Assembly: GCA_028280405.1 (NCBI GenBank)
Contig: JANQLW010000082.1
Coordinates: 3,727-67,726, forward strand
DNA from: Bacteroidales bacterium
GTDB taxonomy: Bacteria; Bacteroidota; Bacteroidia; Bacteroidales; GCA-2711565
Reading direction: 5' to 3'
Length of the DNA: 64,000 nucleotides
Shown: one piece after another, positions 29,539 to 38,873 of the stretch
Layout: each line of letters begins with the position of its first letter
Position numbering within the stretch: position 1 is the first letter of the stretch
The notes under the pieces: generated by a model
The model's input: the letters and a program-made list of their open reading frames with translations, nothing else
Told to the model about the DNA's origin: nothing
Databases searched by the model: none
Program-made: the position numbers and the translations under genes

Positions 29539-29721
29539 ATGGCAGATCGACCCGAACATTTTTCCGTACAAAAAAAGTCTAACCGGGGGAATGCCCTTGA
29601 ATTTAAATATGTATTTCCTGAAAAAACTTCGGATCAGACATTGAATGAAGTTACTACGGGTTTATCCTATTGCGGTTTGTTTCATGGAATTTTAAAGGGA
29701 GAAAAGTCTACTAAAAATTGA
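29539..29721 (+). CDS. Small protein upstream of recombinase (SNRGN motif)
   Basis: SNRGNALEFKYVFP homologous to SNRGNTLTFKCVYP of 31512..31757. Confidence 0.55.
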   Translation: MADRPEHFSVQKKSNRGNALEFKYVFPEKTSDQTLNEVTTGLSYCGLFHGILKGEKSTKN

Positions 29722-29751
29722 CATTATCGGAAATACGGGTAGGGTTTCAAT

Positions 29752-31560
29752 ATGAATACCCCCTATGATGAGTTTCCAAAGCGTAAAGTAGCTGTCTATA
29801 TCCGTGTTTCAACTCAGGAACAAAAAATTGATGGATACGGATTAGAGTCACAAGAACGAAAACTTCTTTCTTATATCAACGATAATAAAGCTTTAAACTT
29901 GATTACAAAGCCCGAATGGATTTTTAAAGATGTTCATACGGGTTCGGAATTGCAAAGGCAAGGCTTGCAAAAGCTTTTACGAGCTGTTGAATTAAAAAAG
30001 TTTGATGCGGTTATTGTCTGGAAAATTGACCGACTTTCCAGAAGTCTTAAACATTTGCTTGAGATTTTTGAGAAGTTTCAAAAATATCAGGTAAGTTTTA
30101 TTTCCATACAGGAGAATATTGATTTCAACGGACCAATTGGAAATCTGATCTTTCAGATTTTTGGTTCCATAGCTCAGTTTGAAAGGGAGTTAATTAAAAC
30201 ACGGACTTTGGCTGGGAAAATCACTTCTGCCGAGATGGGTAATTATACAGGCTCAAAGATTCCTTATGGGTATGAACCTGTGCCAAACAAATCCGGAAAG
30301 GGTAGGAGGCTTGAATTAATCAATGAAGAGAAAAAAGTTGTTGAAGATATCTTTCATTGGTATGTGTATGAAGATTTAGGCTACAAGCAAATTGCAGACA
30401 GATTGAATGACTTTAAAATCCCCAAAGGAAAGTGTTCAAGTGGAAAAAATAAATACCTGCCCTGGAGTGCAAGGCATATTGAAAAAATTATCCCCAACCC
30501 ATTATATAGAGGAGAGTTTCTAGCGAATACAAAAGATGAATACGGCAATCAGTTACCGGAGGATCAATGGACGGTTGTTGCCGTTCCTGCCTGTGTAGGT
30601 GAGTTTTTATTTTCTATGGCTCAACAAAAGCGAAAGGAACGTGTGGGTAAGACTTCAGCGAAAGATCATATTTATTTACTGTCAAATAAATTAATTGATG
30701 TTTCTGTACCGGAACGCAAGAAGCTTTATGGGATTCCACGTTCCAAAGGCGGATATAGCTATAGAAGGTTGCAGTACACTTCAAAGGATAAGAGCCATTA
30801 TCCGGTTTTTGAGATTTCAGCTTCTATGCTTGAAGAGGAAATCTGGGCAAAGCTGAAATTTGCCATGACCAATACTAAAGAGTTCATCAAAAGGTATTTG
30901 GCAATGGAGAAGTTAAATAAAACCTATCTTGATAGCAGGCAGGAAGAATTGACCTCTTTAAGGGAACGGTTAATGAATACGGAACTGGAAACAGCTCGAA
31001 TAGAAAAAGCTTATGAACAAGGTGTTTACAGTATTGAAAAAATGAATGCAAAAATGACGGAAGTTTCAAAGAAGACTTCTCAAATTGAACAGCAAATCTT
31101 AGAGATTGAAGATGAACTCAAAATGATAAGTTTTAAGGATAGGGAAATTACTAATCTTCACAAAACTGCTGAACAGGTAAAATACAATATCGATAATTTT
31201 TCAAGAAAGCAGAAAAAAATGATGATTGATATTTGTATCGACCGCATTGAAGTTGACCGAAAGGAAATCCCATCCAATGGAGTACAAAAAAAGTGGCATC
31301 GTACTGTAACGGTTTATTTCCGGTTCGACCCCGAACGGATTTCTTCGGACTTGGGAGATGGTAGAACCCGAAAACATCTCAATAAAGCCGAAAAAAGAGA
31401 CTCAAAACCGAAAAATGGTTCATCTGGTGTACAAGGTGGTCGTTCGTGTACTTTCTTCACTTGTGAATATCAAGTGAAAAATGTTCTAGAGATGAATTTG
31501 AACAAAGTAATTTATAAAACTTCACTGGAAGAAGTAAGTAATGATTTGAGTTCGTTATGA
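29752..31560 (+). CDS. Large serine recombinase
   Basis: VAVYIRVSTQEQ catalytic motif, KIDRLSRS, AQFERELI, PYGY recombinase domain, coiled coil. Confidence 0.95.
   Translation: MNTPYDEFPKRKVAVYIRVSTQEQKIDGYGLESQERKLLSYINDNKALNLITKPEWIFKDVHTGSELQRQGLQKLLRAVELKKFDAVIVWKIDRLSRSLKHLLEIFEKFQKYQVSFISIQENIDFNGPIGNLIFQIFGSIAQFERELIKTRTLAGKITSAEMGNYTGSKIPYGYEPVPNKSGKGRRLELINEEKKVVEDIFHWYVYEDLGYKQIADRLNDFKIPKGKCSSGKNKYLPWSARHIEKIIPNPLYRGEFLANTKDEYGNQLPEDQWTVVAVPACVGEFLFSMAQQKRKERVGKTSAKDHIYLLSNKLIDVSVPERKKLYGIPRSKGGYSYRRLQYTSKDKSHYPVFEISASMLEEEIWAKLKFAMTNTKEFIKRYLAMEKLNKTYLDSRQEELTSLRERLMNTELETARIEKAYEQGVYSIEKMNAKMTEVSKKTSQIEQQILEIEDELKMISFKDREITNLHKTAEQVKYNIDNFSRKQKKMMIDICIDRIEVDRKEIPSNGVQKKWHRTVTVYFRFDPERISSDLGDGRTRKHLNKAEKRDSKPKNGSSGVQGGRSCTFFTCEYQVKNVLEMNLNKVIYKTSLEEVSNDLSSL
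31433..31454 (+). repeat. 22-bp direct repeat (copy at 35115-35136)
   Basis: aaggtggt[c/g]gttcgtgtacttt, one mismatch. Confidence 0.8.
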
Positions 31561-31757
31561 ATCTTTTTTTCTACTAGATTTATTTTTCCCCAAGTTTCTA
31601 TATAGATTTCAGCTTCTTTTTTAGAGATTATATTTAAATCCTTTTGAAGTAATGCTAATTGAGCCATAACTTTGGGATTGTTTTTGTCTGGATATACACA
31701 TTTAAAAGTGAGTGTGTTTCCACGATTACTTGTTAATTTTCGAATGGGCTTTTTCAT
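31512..31757 (-). CDS. Small protein, paralog of 29539..29721
   Basis: Shared SNRGNxLxFKxVxP motif. Confidence 0.55.
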   Translation of the reverse strand: MKKPIRKLTSNRGNTLTFKCVYPDKNNPKVMAQLALLQKDLNIISKKEAEIYIETWGKINLVEKKIHNELKSLLTSSSEVL

Positions 31758-31891
31758 AAGAGATGGGGTAAAAATGTTCCCACCTTCTTCTTTTTTACGA
31801 TGAATTTAAATCCTTAATTTTTTGTACATATCGCAAATCTTCTTTAATTTCATCGTAACTTAATTAAGATGTTAATTATAAATTCTTTAGC

Positions 31892-33517
31892 ATGAAAATA
31901 AGAAGACTAGTAGTTAATAATTTCAGAGGAATAAAAAAATTGGAATGGACTCCTGAAGACGATAATCTCATCTGCCTTATTGGTCATGGAGATTCAACAA
32001 AATCCTCAATACTTGCCTCAATAGAGTTTGCATTGTTTCCTCATTGGAACCTTAAATTAACAGATGCTGATTTTTACGAATGTAAGCCCGTACAAAACCC
32101 GATATACATAGAATTAATCATCGGAGATGTAACAAATTCTGAAATTCTACATGATCCTCTTTTTAGTACTGCAGGAAGATATTGGGATTCTGAAAATAAA
32201 TGTTTGGTGAATTCAAGTGAAGCTGAAGGGAAAGAACTGGTTCTACAAATTATCTTTAGGGCAGATGAAACACTTGAACCAACCTGGTTTATATCAAATG
32301 AATCAGGAGTAGAGGAAGTAATGAAACAAGGAAAAAGAGCTTTGTTTAATATGACAAGATTTGATGATAAGTCCGAACGAAATTTTAAATGGGGCTATAA
32401 CACAATGTTGTCTAAAATAACTGAGAAAAACGGACAAAAAGAAATAAAAAGTGTTTTAGCTGAAGCAGGAAGAAGTGCTAGAGAAAATTTTGATGAAAAT
32501 AAACTTGATTCAGATTTTCATGATAGTTCTAGGATTGTTTCAGAAGAAGCTAAAATTTGGGGCGCAGGACATAAATCAATAAAACCATTTTTAGATGTTT
32601 TTTCAGCTGAAGCTTTATGCTTGAATGATGAGAATAATATTCCGATCCATATGATGGGGGCTGGGAGTAAAAAGCTGATTTTAATAGCAATGGCAAAATA
32701 TCTTTTTTCTAATGATGAAATCCCTGAAGGACACATATTGTTAATGGATGAATTGGAGAATGGATTAGAACCTCATAGGCTAATACATGTAATTTTTTCG
32801 TTAAATGAGATTTCTAAACAATTCGGGTCTCAAATTATTATTTCTTCACATTCTCCAATTGTTTTAAAGGAAATTGCAGGAGATGGTACATATAGAGTAA
32901 TAAATATAAATAATGAAATTCGAATAGTTAAACTAGATCCAGAAAGCAATGGTGCAATCAGAACCAATCCCGAAGGATTTTTCCTGAAAAAAATAGTTAT
33001 TTGTGAAGGAAAAACAGAGATAGGTTTATTAAGAGCTTTGAAAAAGAAGTGGGTACAGAACCATGCAATGGCTCCTGAACATCTTGGGGCTTATTTTATT
33101 TTAGGAGAAGGAAGCAAAGCACCTCAATATATTGAAATTTTTACTCGATTTAACTATGAAATATGTGTTTATCGGGATAGTGATGTTCAACAGTCCTTAC
33201 CTTCTGGAACAGCTGATTTTAAGTACCAAGGAACCATAAATACAGAGCAAGCCATATGTAAGGACGCTCCAAATGATTTAATATCTAATATCATTTCATT
33301 TTGTGAAGAAAATGGAAAAACAAATGTTCCAAAACAGGATACGTTTGATAGCAATTACAGAGAAGCACTGGCAGATTTCTTACACAGAGAAGATGTTTTT
33401 AGAAGAATTGACCGAGGAGAAATCTTAGGAGATATGGTATTCCCCTATCTAGAGCAGATGAGAGACTCTGATTTTTTAAGTACCATAGGTGACATTGAAC
33501 AATGGATTTATAGCTAA
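31892..33517 (+). CDS. OLD-family ATP-dependent nuclease (GajA-like)
   Basis: NNFRGI, GHGDSTKS, LLMDELENGLEPH, SSHSP, TOPRIM CEGKTE and RDSD. Confidence 0.85.
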   Translation: MKIRRLVVNNFRGIKKLEWTPEDDNLICLIGHGDSTKSSILASIEFALFPHWNLKLTDADFYECKPVQNPIYIELIIGDVTNSEILHDPLFSTAGRYWDSENKCLVNSSEAEGKELVLQIIFRADETLEPTWFISNESGVEEVMKQGKRALFNMTRFDDKSERNFKWGYNTMLSKITEKNGQKEIKSVLAEAGRSARENFDENKLDSDFHDSSRIVSEEAKIWGAGHKSIKPFLDVFSAEALCLNDENNIPIHMMGAGSKKLILIAMAKYLFSNDEIPEGHILLMDELENGLEPHRLIHVIFSLNEISKQFGSQIIISSHSPIVLKEIAGDGTYRVININNEIRIVKLDPESNGAIRTNPEGFFLKKIVICEGKTEIGLLRALKKKWVQNHAMAPEHLGAYFILGEGSKAPQYIEIFTRFNYEICVYRDSDVQQSLPSGTADFKYQGTINTEQAICKDAPNDLISNIISFCEENGKTNVPKQDTFDSNYREALADFLHREDVFRRIDRGEILGDMVFPYLEQMRDSDFLSTIGDIEQWIYS

Positions 33518-33524
33518 AAATATT

Positions 33525-35009
33525 ATGGCAAAGCGTGAATACATAATTGCACCTGCTGGACATGGAAAAACTGAACAAATAACAAATTTTGTTTTAAACA
33601 ATCCAGCTAAAAAAGTACTTGTTCTCACTCATACAAACGCTGGTGTTAGTACATTGATGAAAAGGTTTAGAAAATATGAAATACCTTCAAATAAATATGA
33701 TATTTCAACAATTGATTCGTTTTCTATTAAGTATGCAATGGCATACTCTTCGCGATCAGGCATAAACAAGAATCCAACAACAAATTCTGAATATGATTTA
33801 TGTAGACGAGGAGTTATTAGTGTTTTCGACCTTGCTTTTCTTCAGGGCTTTTTACAAGCAAGATATTCACTCATTGTTATTGATGAATATCAAGACTGTA
33901 CTGATATTCAACACGAATTTATTTTAAAATTATCAGAAAATGTGGATTGCATAGCTCTTGGTGATCCGATGCAAGGAATTTTCAATTTTGGGGGGAATAA
34001 TTTAGTTGGTTGGCAAGATATACGATCAAACTATGATCAGCACGAAATAAGTTTAGAAATTCCCTATAGATGGCACAATGGAAATGAGGCATTAGGTAGA
34101 TGGTTAAGTGATGCTCGAAATAAACTTCAGAATGGGGATGAGTTGATATTTGAAGGTGGGAATATTCAGTTTTCTGAAACCTCCCTATTTCAAGAGAAAA
34201 TTTCCCCTATATTTAGATGTATCAATGATACTGAAGAACTTCTGTTTGTTGTGAAGGACGATAGTGCTACTGGAGCAATGAAAAAGAAATTTGCTCAATA
34301 TTTTAATGGATTACTTCAGGTAGTGGATGCTTTAGATTTTTCCTTGTTTTATAAATTTCTAAATAAGGTGGAATCTGATCAACACAAAACAGTTTTTGAT
34401 GCACTAATGCTTTTTTTAGAAAACTGCATGACAAAAACGAGTCATTTTAAAAACCCAATTGAGACTAAGATAAAAAAGTTGTGGGACGAACCTTCTCCTA
34501 AGTCAATTCCTGATATTCGAAATAAGACATTTACAATTAGAGATATCCCTAGGAAGAAAAAAATGACGAGATTATATTGGTATTTTCTAAACGTACTTGA
34601 GTTTAAGGGACGAGAAAGAGCAATTGCTTTACTTCAATTAATGCAAGCCCTAGAGAAATTTATTAAAATATATGATAGCAATTCAAAAGGATTTATATAT
34701 CGAAGAGATATTTGGGATTCAGCTAAAAATGCTCTAACTCTATACATCAGGAATTATGAAGAAACTGAATCGTTGGAAGATTTTGGAAGAAAAATAAGAC
34801 AAAGAATTTCTTTTATGGGAAGGGGGTTTAAGATAGTTGTAGGGACAACGCTTTTAACCAAAGGATTAGAATTTGATCAGGTGATTATAAATAAACCTGA
34901 AGAATTTGAGGCTAAACATCTGTATGTAGCTTTGAGTCGAGCAAAGTCTGGTATTACAATACTAGGAGAGACAAATCGAATTCAATTATCTGTTCCTGAA
35001 AACCTATAA
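33525..35009 (+). CDS. UvrD-like helicase (GajB-like)
   Basis: APAGHGKT, LTHTN, IDEYQD, GDPMQGIF, KGLEFD, LYVALSRA; start moved to ATG 33525. Confidence 0.85.
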   Translation: MAKREYIIAPAGHGKTEQITNFVLNNPAKKVLVLTHTNAGVSTLMKRFRKYEIPSNKYDISTIDSFSIKYAMAYSSRSGINKNPTTNSEYDLCRRGVISVFDLAFLQGFLQARYSLIVIDEYQDCTDIQHEFILKLSENVDCIALGDPMQGIFNFGGNNLVGWQDIRSNYDQHEISLEIPYRWHNGNEALGRWLSDARNKLQNGDELIFEGGNIQFSETSLFQEKISPIFRCINDTEELLFVVKDDSATGAMKKKFAQYFNGLLQVVDALDFSLFYKFLNKVESDQHKTVFDALMLFLENCMTKTSHFKNPIETKIKKLWDEPSPKSIPDIRNKTFTIRDIPRKKKMTRLYWYFLNVLEFKGRERAIALLQLMQALEKFIKIYDSNSKGFIYRRDIWDSAKNALTLYIRNYEETESLEDFGRKIRQRISFMGRGFKIVVGTTLLTKGLEFDQVIINKPEEFEAKHLYVALSRAKSGITILGETNRIQLSVPENL

Positions 35010-35110
35010 GAATTTATTAAAAACATTTCTTGAGATCACCTCTTTCTGCTATAAAAACACACCCCGTTTTCAGACTGGGGTGTATTGTATCTGAATGATA
35101 CTTCTGTGGT

Positions 35111-35251
35111 GAAGAAGGTGGTGGTTCGTGTACTTTTTTCCGATGCAAATATCACATTGGCAATAAGCTGAAAATAAGCAAAGAAAAAGTAATCTATAGA
35201 ACAATTCTTAATGAAGAATTGATTTCGCTACAAAATATTTCAGACTATTGA
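35111..35251 (+). pseudogene. Start-less second copy of the recombinase C-terminal tail
   Basis: GGGSCTFFRCKYHIGNKLKISKEKVIYRTILNE vs GGRSCTFFTCEYQVKNVLEMNLNKVIYKTSLEE. Confidence 0.75.
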
Positions 35252-35332
35252 CTTTTTAGTGTAAAAAAGCCATCGGCAAAAATCTGCCCGGATACGCATT
35301 GCGCATCCGTTTTTTTAATATTTATTTTTCCC

Positions 35333-35551
35333 ATGAAAAAACAAATAAAAATAAACAAAACCATCACTGCCGAAAAAACCCAATTAGGAGAAGGAGCAAT
35401 TCTTCTACTTGAAAAAGCAACACCTCCAATTATTCAACTTATACGAAGAAATTACAAAAAAGATCCGACTTGTGTTAGCGGTGATATAGATTTTTTATTT
35501 GAATTTGAAGGAACCGGAATTTCAGAAGATGATCGTTACTATTACTGGTGA
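35333..35551 (+). CDS. Hypothetical protein
   Basis: 72-aa ATG ORF filling intergenic space; no motif recognised. Confidence 0.45.
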   Translation: MKKQIKINKTITAEKTQLGEGAILLLEKATPPIIQLIRRNYKKDPTCVSGDIDFLFEFEGTGISEDDRYYYW

Positions 35552-35600
35552 AAAAATCATTTGATCTTGAAATATAATTTGTTTTATTTTAGCTTAGCTA

Positions 35601-36035
35601 TTAAGTGAGAATATTGTTTTTAATTTCAAATAGAATATTACCCAGTTTTTTGTCCCTTAATTTTTTAGAATTTATTTCACATTGCCAAATTTCTATTACT
35701 TTCCAATTTAGTTCTCTGAGTTGAGAAATTTTAAGTTTATCCCTTTCTTGCGTGGCTTTTATTTTGTTTTCCCAAAAAGCTTTATTTGTTTCGGGTAGTT
35801 TTGATCTTTTACATCCTTTATGCCCATGCCAAAAGCAGCCATTGACAAATATTACAGTTTTATATTTAGGAAGAACAATATCAGGAGAGCCAGGTAAGGA
35901 TTTGACATTTTTTCGATACCTCAAACCATTTGCAAATAAATATTTTCTAACCAAAATTTCCGGTTTAGTTTCTTTACCAGAGATTTTGGACATGATATCC
36001 GATCTTTTTTTAGTAGAAAAAATATCACTCATCAC
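35601..36035 (-). CDS. vsr: Very short patch repair endonuclease
   Basis: MSDIF..KRS..MS.I, TKPE, LPG.PD, FVNGCFWHGH, IWQC. Confidence 0.95.
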   Translation of the reverse strand: MMSDIFSTKKRSDIMSKISGKETKPEILVRKYLFANGLRYRKNVKSLPGSPDIVLPKYKTVIFVNGCFWHGHKGCKRSKLPETNKAFWENKIKATQERDKLKISQLRELNWKVIEIWQCEINSKKLRDKKLGNILFEIKNNILT

Positions 36036-36492
36036 TTTCTTCTCTCATATTTATTGCTTGTTGATACATGAAATAAATGTCTTTACACATAATATTTTTT
36101 GGTAATATGTGAAATATGAACGCATCTATTTCTTCCAAGACCTCTTCAATTTCGTCATCAGTTTTTTCATCAAATAATCCTAGTAATAACTCAAAAAAAT
36201 TCATCAATCCGATTTTATCAATTTTTTTAAGTTCATAAATAAATTCACCTTGAGTATCGAAATCTACACTTGTTGATTTGAAATGTTTAGCTAGCCTACT
36301 AAGCCTTTCTCCAATGAATAATGCATGTAAATATTCATTGATTATATTTTCCGTTGAGGAAAAAAACATTATGGTTCTTTTTCTAAGATGAAGTTTTAAA
36401 CTTGAACTATTTTCAAGATTAAGTATTTTTAATCTCAGCGAGTCGATATTTTGATGAGTAATTTCATCATTTAAATTAATATGAGTTGCCAT
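36025..36492 (-). CDS. Hypothetical protein in Dcm/Vsr operon
   Basis: 155-aa ORF tightly packed between MTase and vsr. Confidence 0.65.
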   Translation of the reverse strand: MATHINLNDEITHQNIDSLRLKILNLENSSSLKLHLRKRTIMFFSSTENIINEYLHALFIGERLSRLAKHFKSTSVDFDTQGEFIYELKKIDKIGLMNFFELLLGLFDEKTDDEIEEVLEEIDAFIFHILPKNIMCKDIYFMYQQAINMREESDE

Positions 36493-36493
36493 T

Positions 36494-37534
36494 TCAATTA
36501 TTTAGTGATAAATCTAGGTGATTTTTAATATTTAAGGATTGTACATAACTAAATTGAGGAGGTAATGCATTCCCGATAAGCAATGCTAAAGCTGATATGG
36601 GTATATCTATTGGTATTTGGTAATGCTCAGGAAATGATTGTAATAAAGATGCTTCTCTTGGTGTTAACACCCTATCCTGTTCCGGGTGCAGAAATCTTCC
36701 TTTTGATGGATTTAAACACCCTCCGGTAATAGTAGTTGAATAATCATCCCATCTTAATCTTCCATAAACATCATTAAAGCCAACACCATCTTTTTGGTGA
36801 CATTTCAACCAATACTTTTGGGGTAGATCTTTCCAACTTCCACCATTATGAGGCGTAATCCTTATTCTTTCCATAACTTTTGGAGTGTGTTTGGTTTTGC
36901 TTTTGTGCAATGGGTCAGAAGATTTCTCCGGGTGCTCTAAATGGCCAATTACATCTCTAACAGTTTTCATCAGATTATCACCTTTTGCTACTTTAATATT
37001 ACTGTTCAATATACCTACCATTACCAAACGTTTTCGACTTTGAGGAACTCCATAATCTTTAACATTGACTACTTGAACATCAGGATTGTATCCTAGTATG
37101 CGTAACTCTCTTACAACTTCCTTAAATAGAGCATAGTCTTTAAGAGCCGGAACATTTTCCATCATGATGGCGAAAGGTTTTAATTCTTTAACGAACCTAA
37201 AGTATTCTAGAACCAAATCATTTCTTTTATCACTTACACAAGATTGCCTATTTAAACGTCTAATAGACGAAAATCCTTGACATGGCGGGCAACCTGCGAG
37301 CAAGTGTAAAGGTTCTCCATTTAATATTTTTTTTATTTGACTAGTATTTATCTCTCTAATATTCTTATCTATAATGTTGGTATTGGGATGGTTTAGTTTA
37401 TAAGCTTTAATTGCAATTGGTTCAATTTCAATAGCAACTTTTGTTGAAAAACCAGCTTGATGCATCCCTTGGGTTAGCCCACCCATCCCAGAGAACAAAT
37501 CAATTGCATTGTATGTATTTCGTCTTTTATTCAT
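36494..37534 (-). CDS. C5-cytosine DNA methyltransferase
   Basis: DLFSGMGG, GCPPCQGFS, MENV, GVPQSRKR, IGNALPP. Confidence 0.95.
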   Translation of the reverse strand: MNKRRNTYNAIDLFSGMGGLTQGMHQAGFSTKVAIEIEPIAIKAYKLNHPNTNIIDKNIREINTSQIKKILNGEPLHLLAGCPPCQGFSSIRRLNRQSCVSDKRNDLVLEYFRFVKELKPFAIMMENVPALKDYALFKEVVRELRILGYNPDVQVVNVKDYGVPQSRKRLVMVGILNSNIKVAKGDNLMKTVRDVIGHLEHPEKSSDPLHKSKTKHTPKVMERIRITPHNGGSWKDLPQKYWLKCHQKDGVGFNDVYGRLRWDDYSTTITGGCLNPSKGRFLHPEQDRVLTPREASLLQSFPEHYQIPIDIPISALALLIGNALPPQFSYVQSLNIKNHLDLSLNN

Positions 37535-38867
37535 TATTAATACCTTTTATCAGACCAGCTAAATGTCTCTGTAAAGAAGGTGAAAAATCAGCAACACCCA
37601 AATCAGTTATATTTTTTAAAGAGAATTGTATTAAGGGTGTTAAGAACGGTTCCGAAATCCTTTTACGTCCTACTCCATCAAATTGTTCCAATTGAGAATA
37701 TTTTAGTGGAGATTTTGTATCTACTTTTTGTGGTTTTTTAACTTCAAATGAAGTTACTTCTTTTGGTGAAAGTATATAATCTTCCATTTCACCATTATTT
37801 TGGAATAATCCTGGTAAAAAGGTTATGTTTTCAATCTGTTTTGGATTTATTATTGATGAAATTGAGAAATTGTTGCGTGTTCCAGATTTAGTATAATTTT
37901 TCAACCTGTTTATTATCTTATCATCACTTGATTTATAGAGAGGTATCACAGATAAAAATCCTAAATTTTTTTGCCAAAATTTATTTAGATGGCAATCAGA
38001 AGAAATAACTAAGAATAATTGCCCATTACCTTTAAAGGAAATAATATCTCCTTTCCTCACAATGTCATCTTCAGGTTGATGATATAATCTAAATGCCCAA
38101 ATCTTCTTTAATAATTCATTATCAATTTTGTCATCCCAATTAACTGAGGGAAGATCACTAAAGCCTATTGAAATTAATTTTGATCTTGCTTTTTCAGATA
38201 TAATTTCAGCTAAATCAAGCGAAGAAATTTCTCTCTTATTATTACCCACTTTCTCTCCAAATTGACTTATAAACTGTTCAAATGAAAGTCTTCCCAGATT
38301 ACTTAAAACATTGTTTAGAGAGTCTAAAGTTTTTTGTTTCAACTCATTGCAGTACTTAAAGGAAAAGTTTCTTTCTAGCCGGTCATTTATTTCTTTTTGG
38401 AGTAATTCATATGAATCATTATCACTTTTAACTAATGAAAACAAACGACTGTTATAGTAATCTTCAAATTTCTTAGTTTTTAAAATAGTATCAATATTTT
38501 CTTTTATATTGTCTGTATAAACTGCGACAAGGCAGTATGTATTTTGAAGAATCTCCAGTAAATTATTCTCTTGATCATCATCAGTTGTCCCAACATCCCA
38601 ATCAAAAATAATTATATCAGGAGTAAAGATATTTTCTGCTAAGTAATTCAAATAAAATGAAGGGGTTTTAAAACCAAATACAGAATATGTATTTTCACTT
38701 ATAATTTTCTTTGTCAATTCAAGTAAATTAGTATCTTCCCATTTACTTTCGTCATTCAATAGAAATCGAATGTTGTTTTCATTTAGTAGTTTGGTCTCAT
38801 CCATCTCATTCTGAAAATGATGAGCAGGTAGTTTATCATCTAATATACAAACACAATATTTTCCCAT
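37527..38867 (-). CDS. Receiver-domain protein with uncharacterised C-terminal extension
   Basis: CILDD, DIIIFDWD, AVYT and downstream K of a REC fold; C-terminal VISSDC motif. Confidence 0.65.
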   Translation of the reverse strand: MGKYCVCILDDKLPAHHFQNEMDETKLLNENNIRFLLNDESKWEDTNLLELTKKIISENTYSVFGFKTPSFYLNYLAENIFTPDIIIFDWDVGTTDDDQENNLLEILQNTYCLVAVYTDNIKENIDTILKTKKFEDYYNSRLFSLVKSDNDSYELLQKEINDRLERNFSFKYCNELKQKTLDSLNNVLSNLGRLSFEQFISQFGEKVGNNKREISSLDLAEIISEKARSKLISIGFSDLPSVNWDDKIDNELLKKIWAFRLYHQPEDDIVRKGDIISFKGNGQLFLVISSDCHLNKFWQKNLGFLSVIPLYKSSDDKIINRLKNYTKSGTRNNFSISSIINPKQIENITFLPGLFQNNGEMEDYILSPKEVTSFEVKKPQKVDTKSPLKYSQLEQFDGVGRKRISEPFLTPLIQFSLKNITDLGVADFSPSLQRHLAGLIKGINNE

Positions 38868-38873
38868 CTGAAT

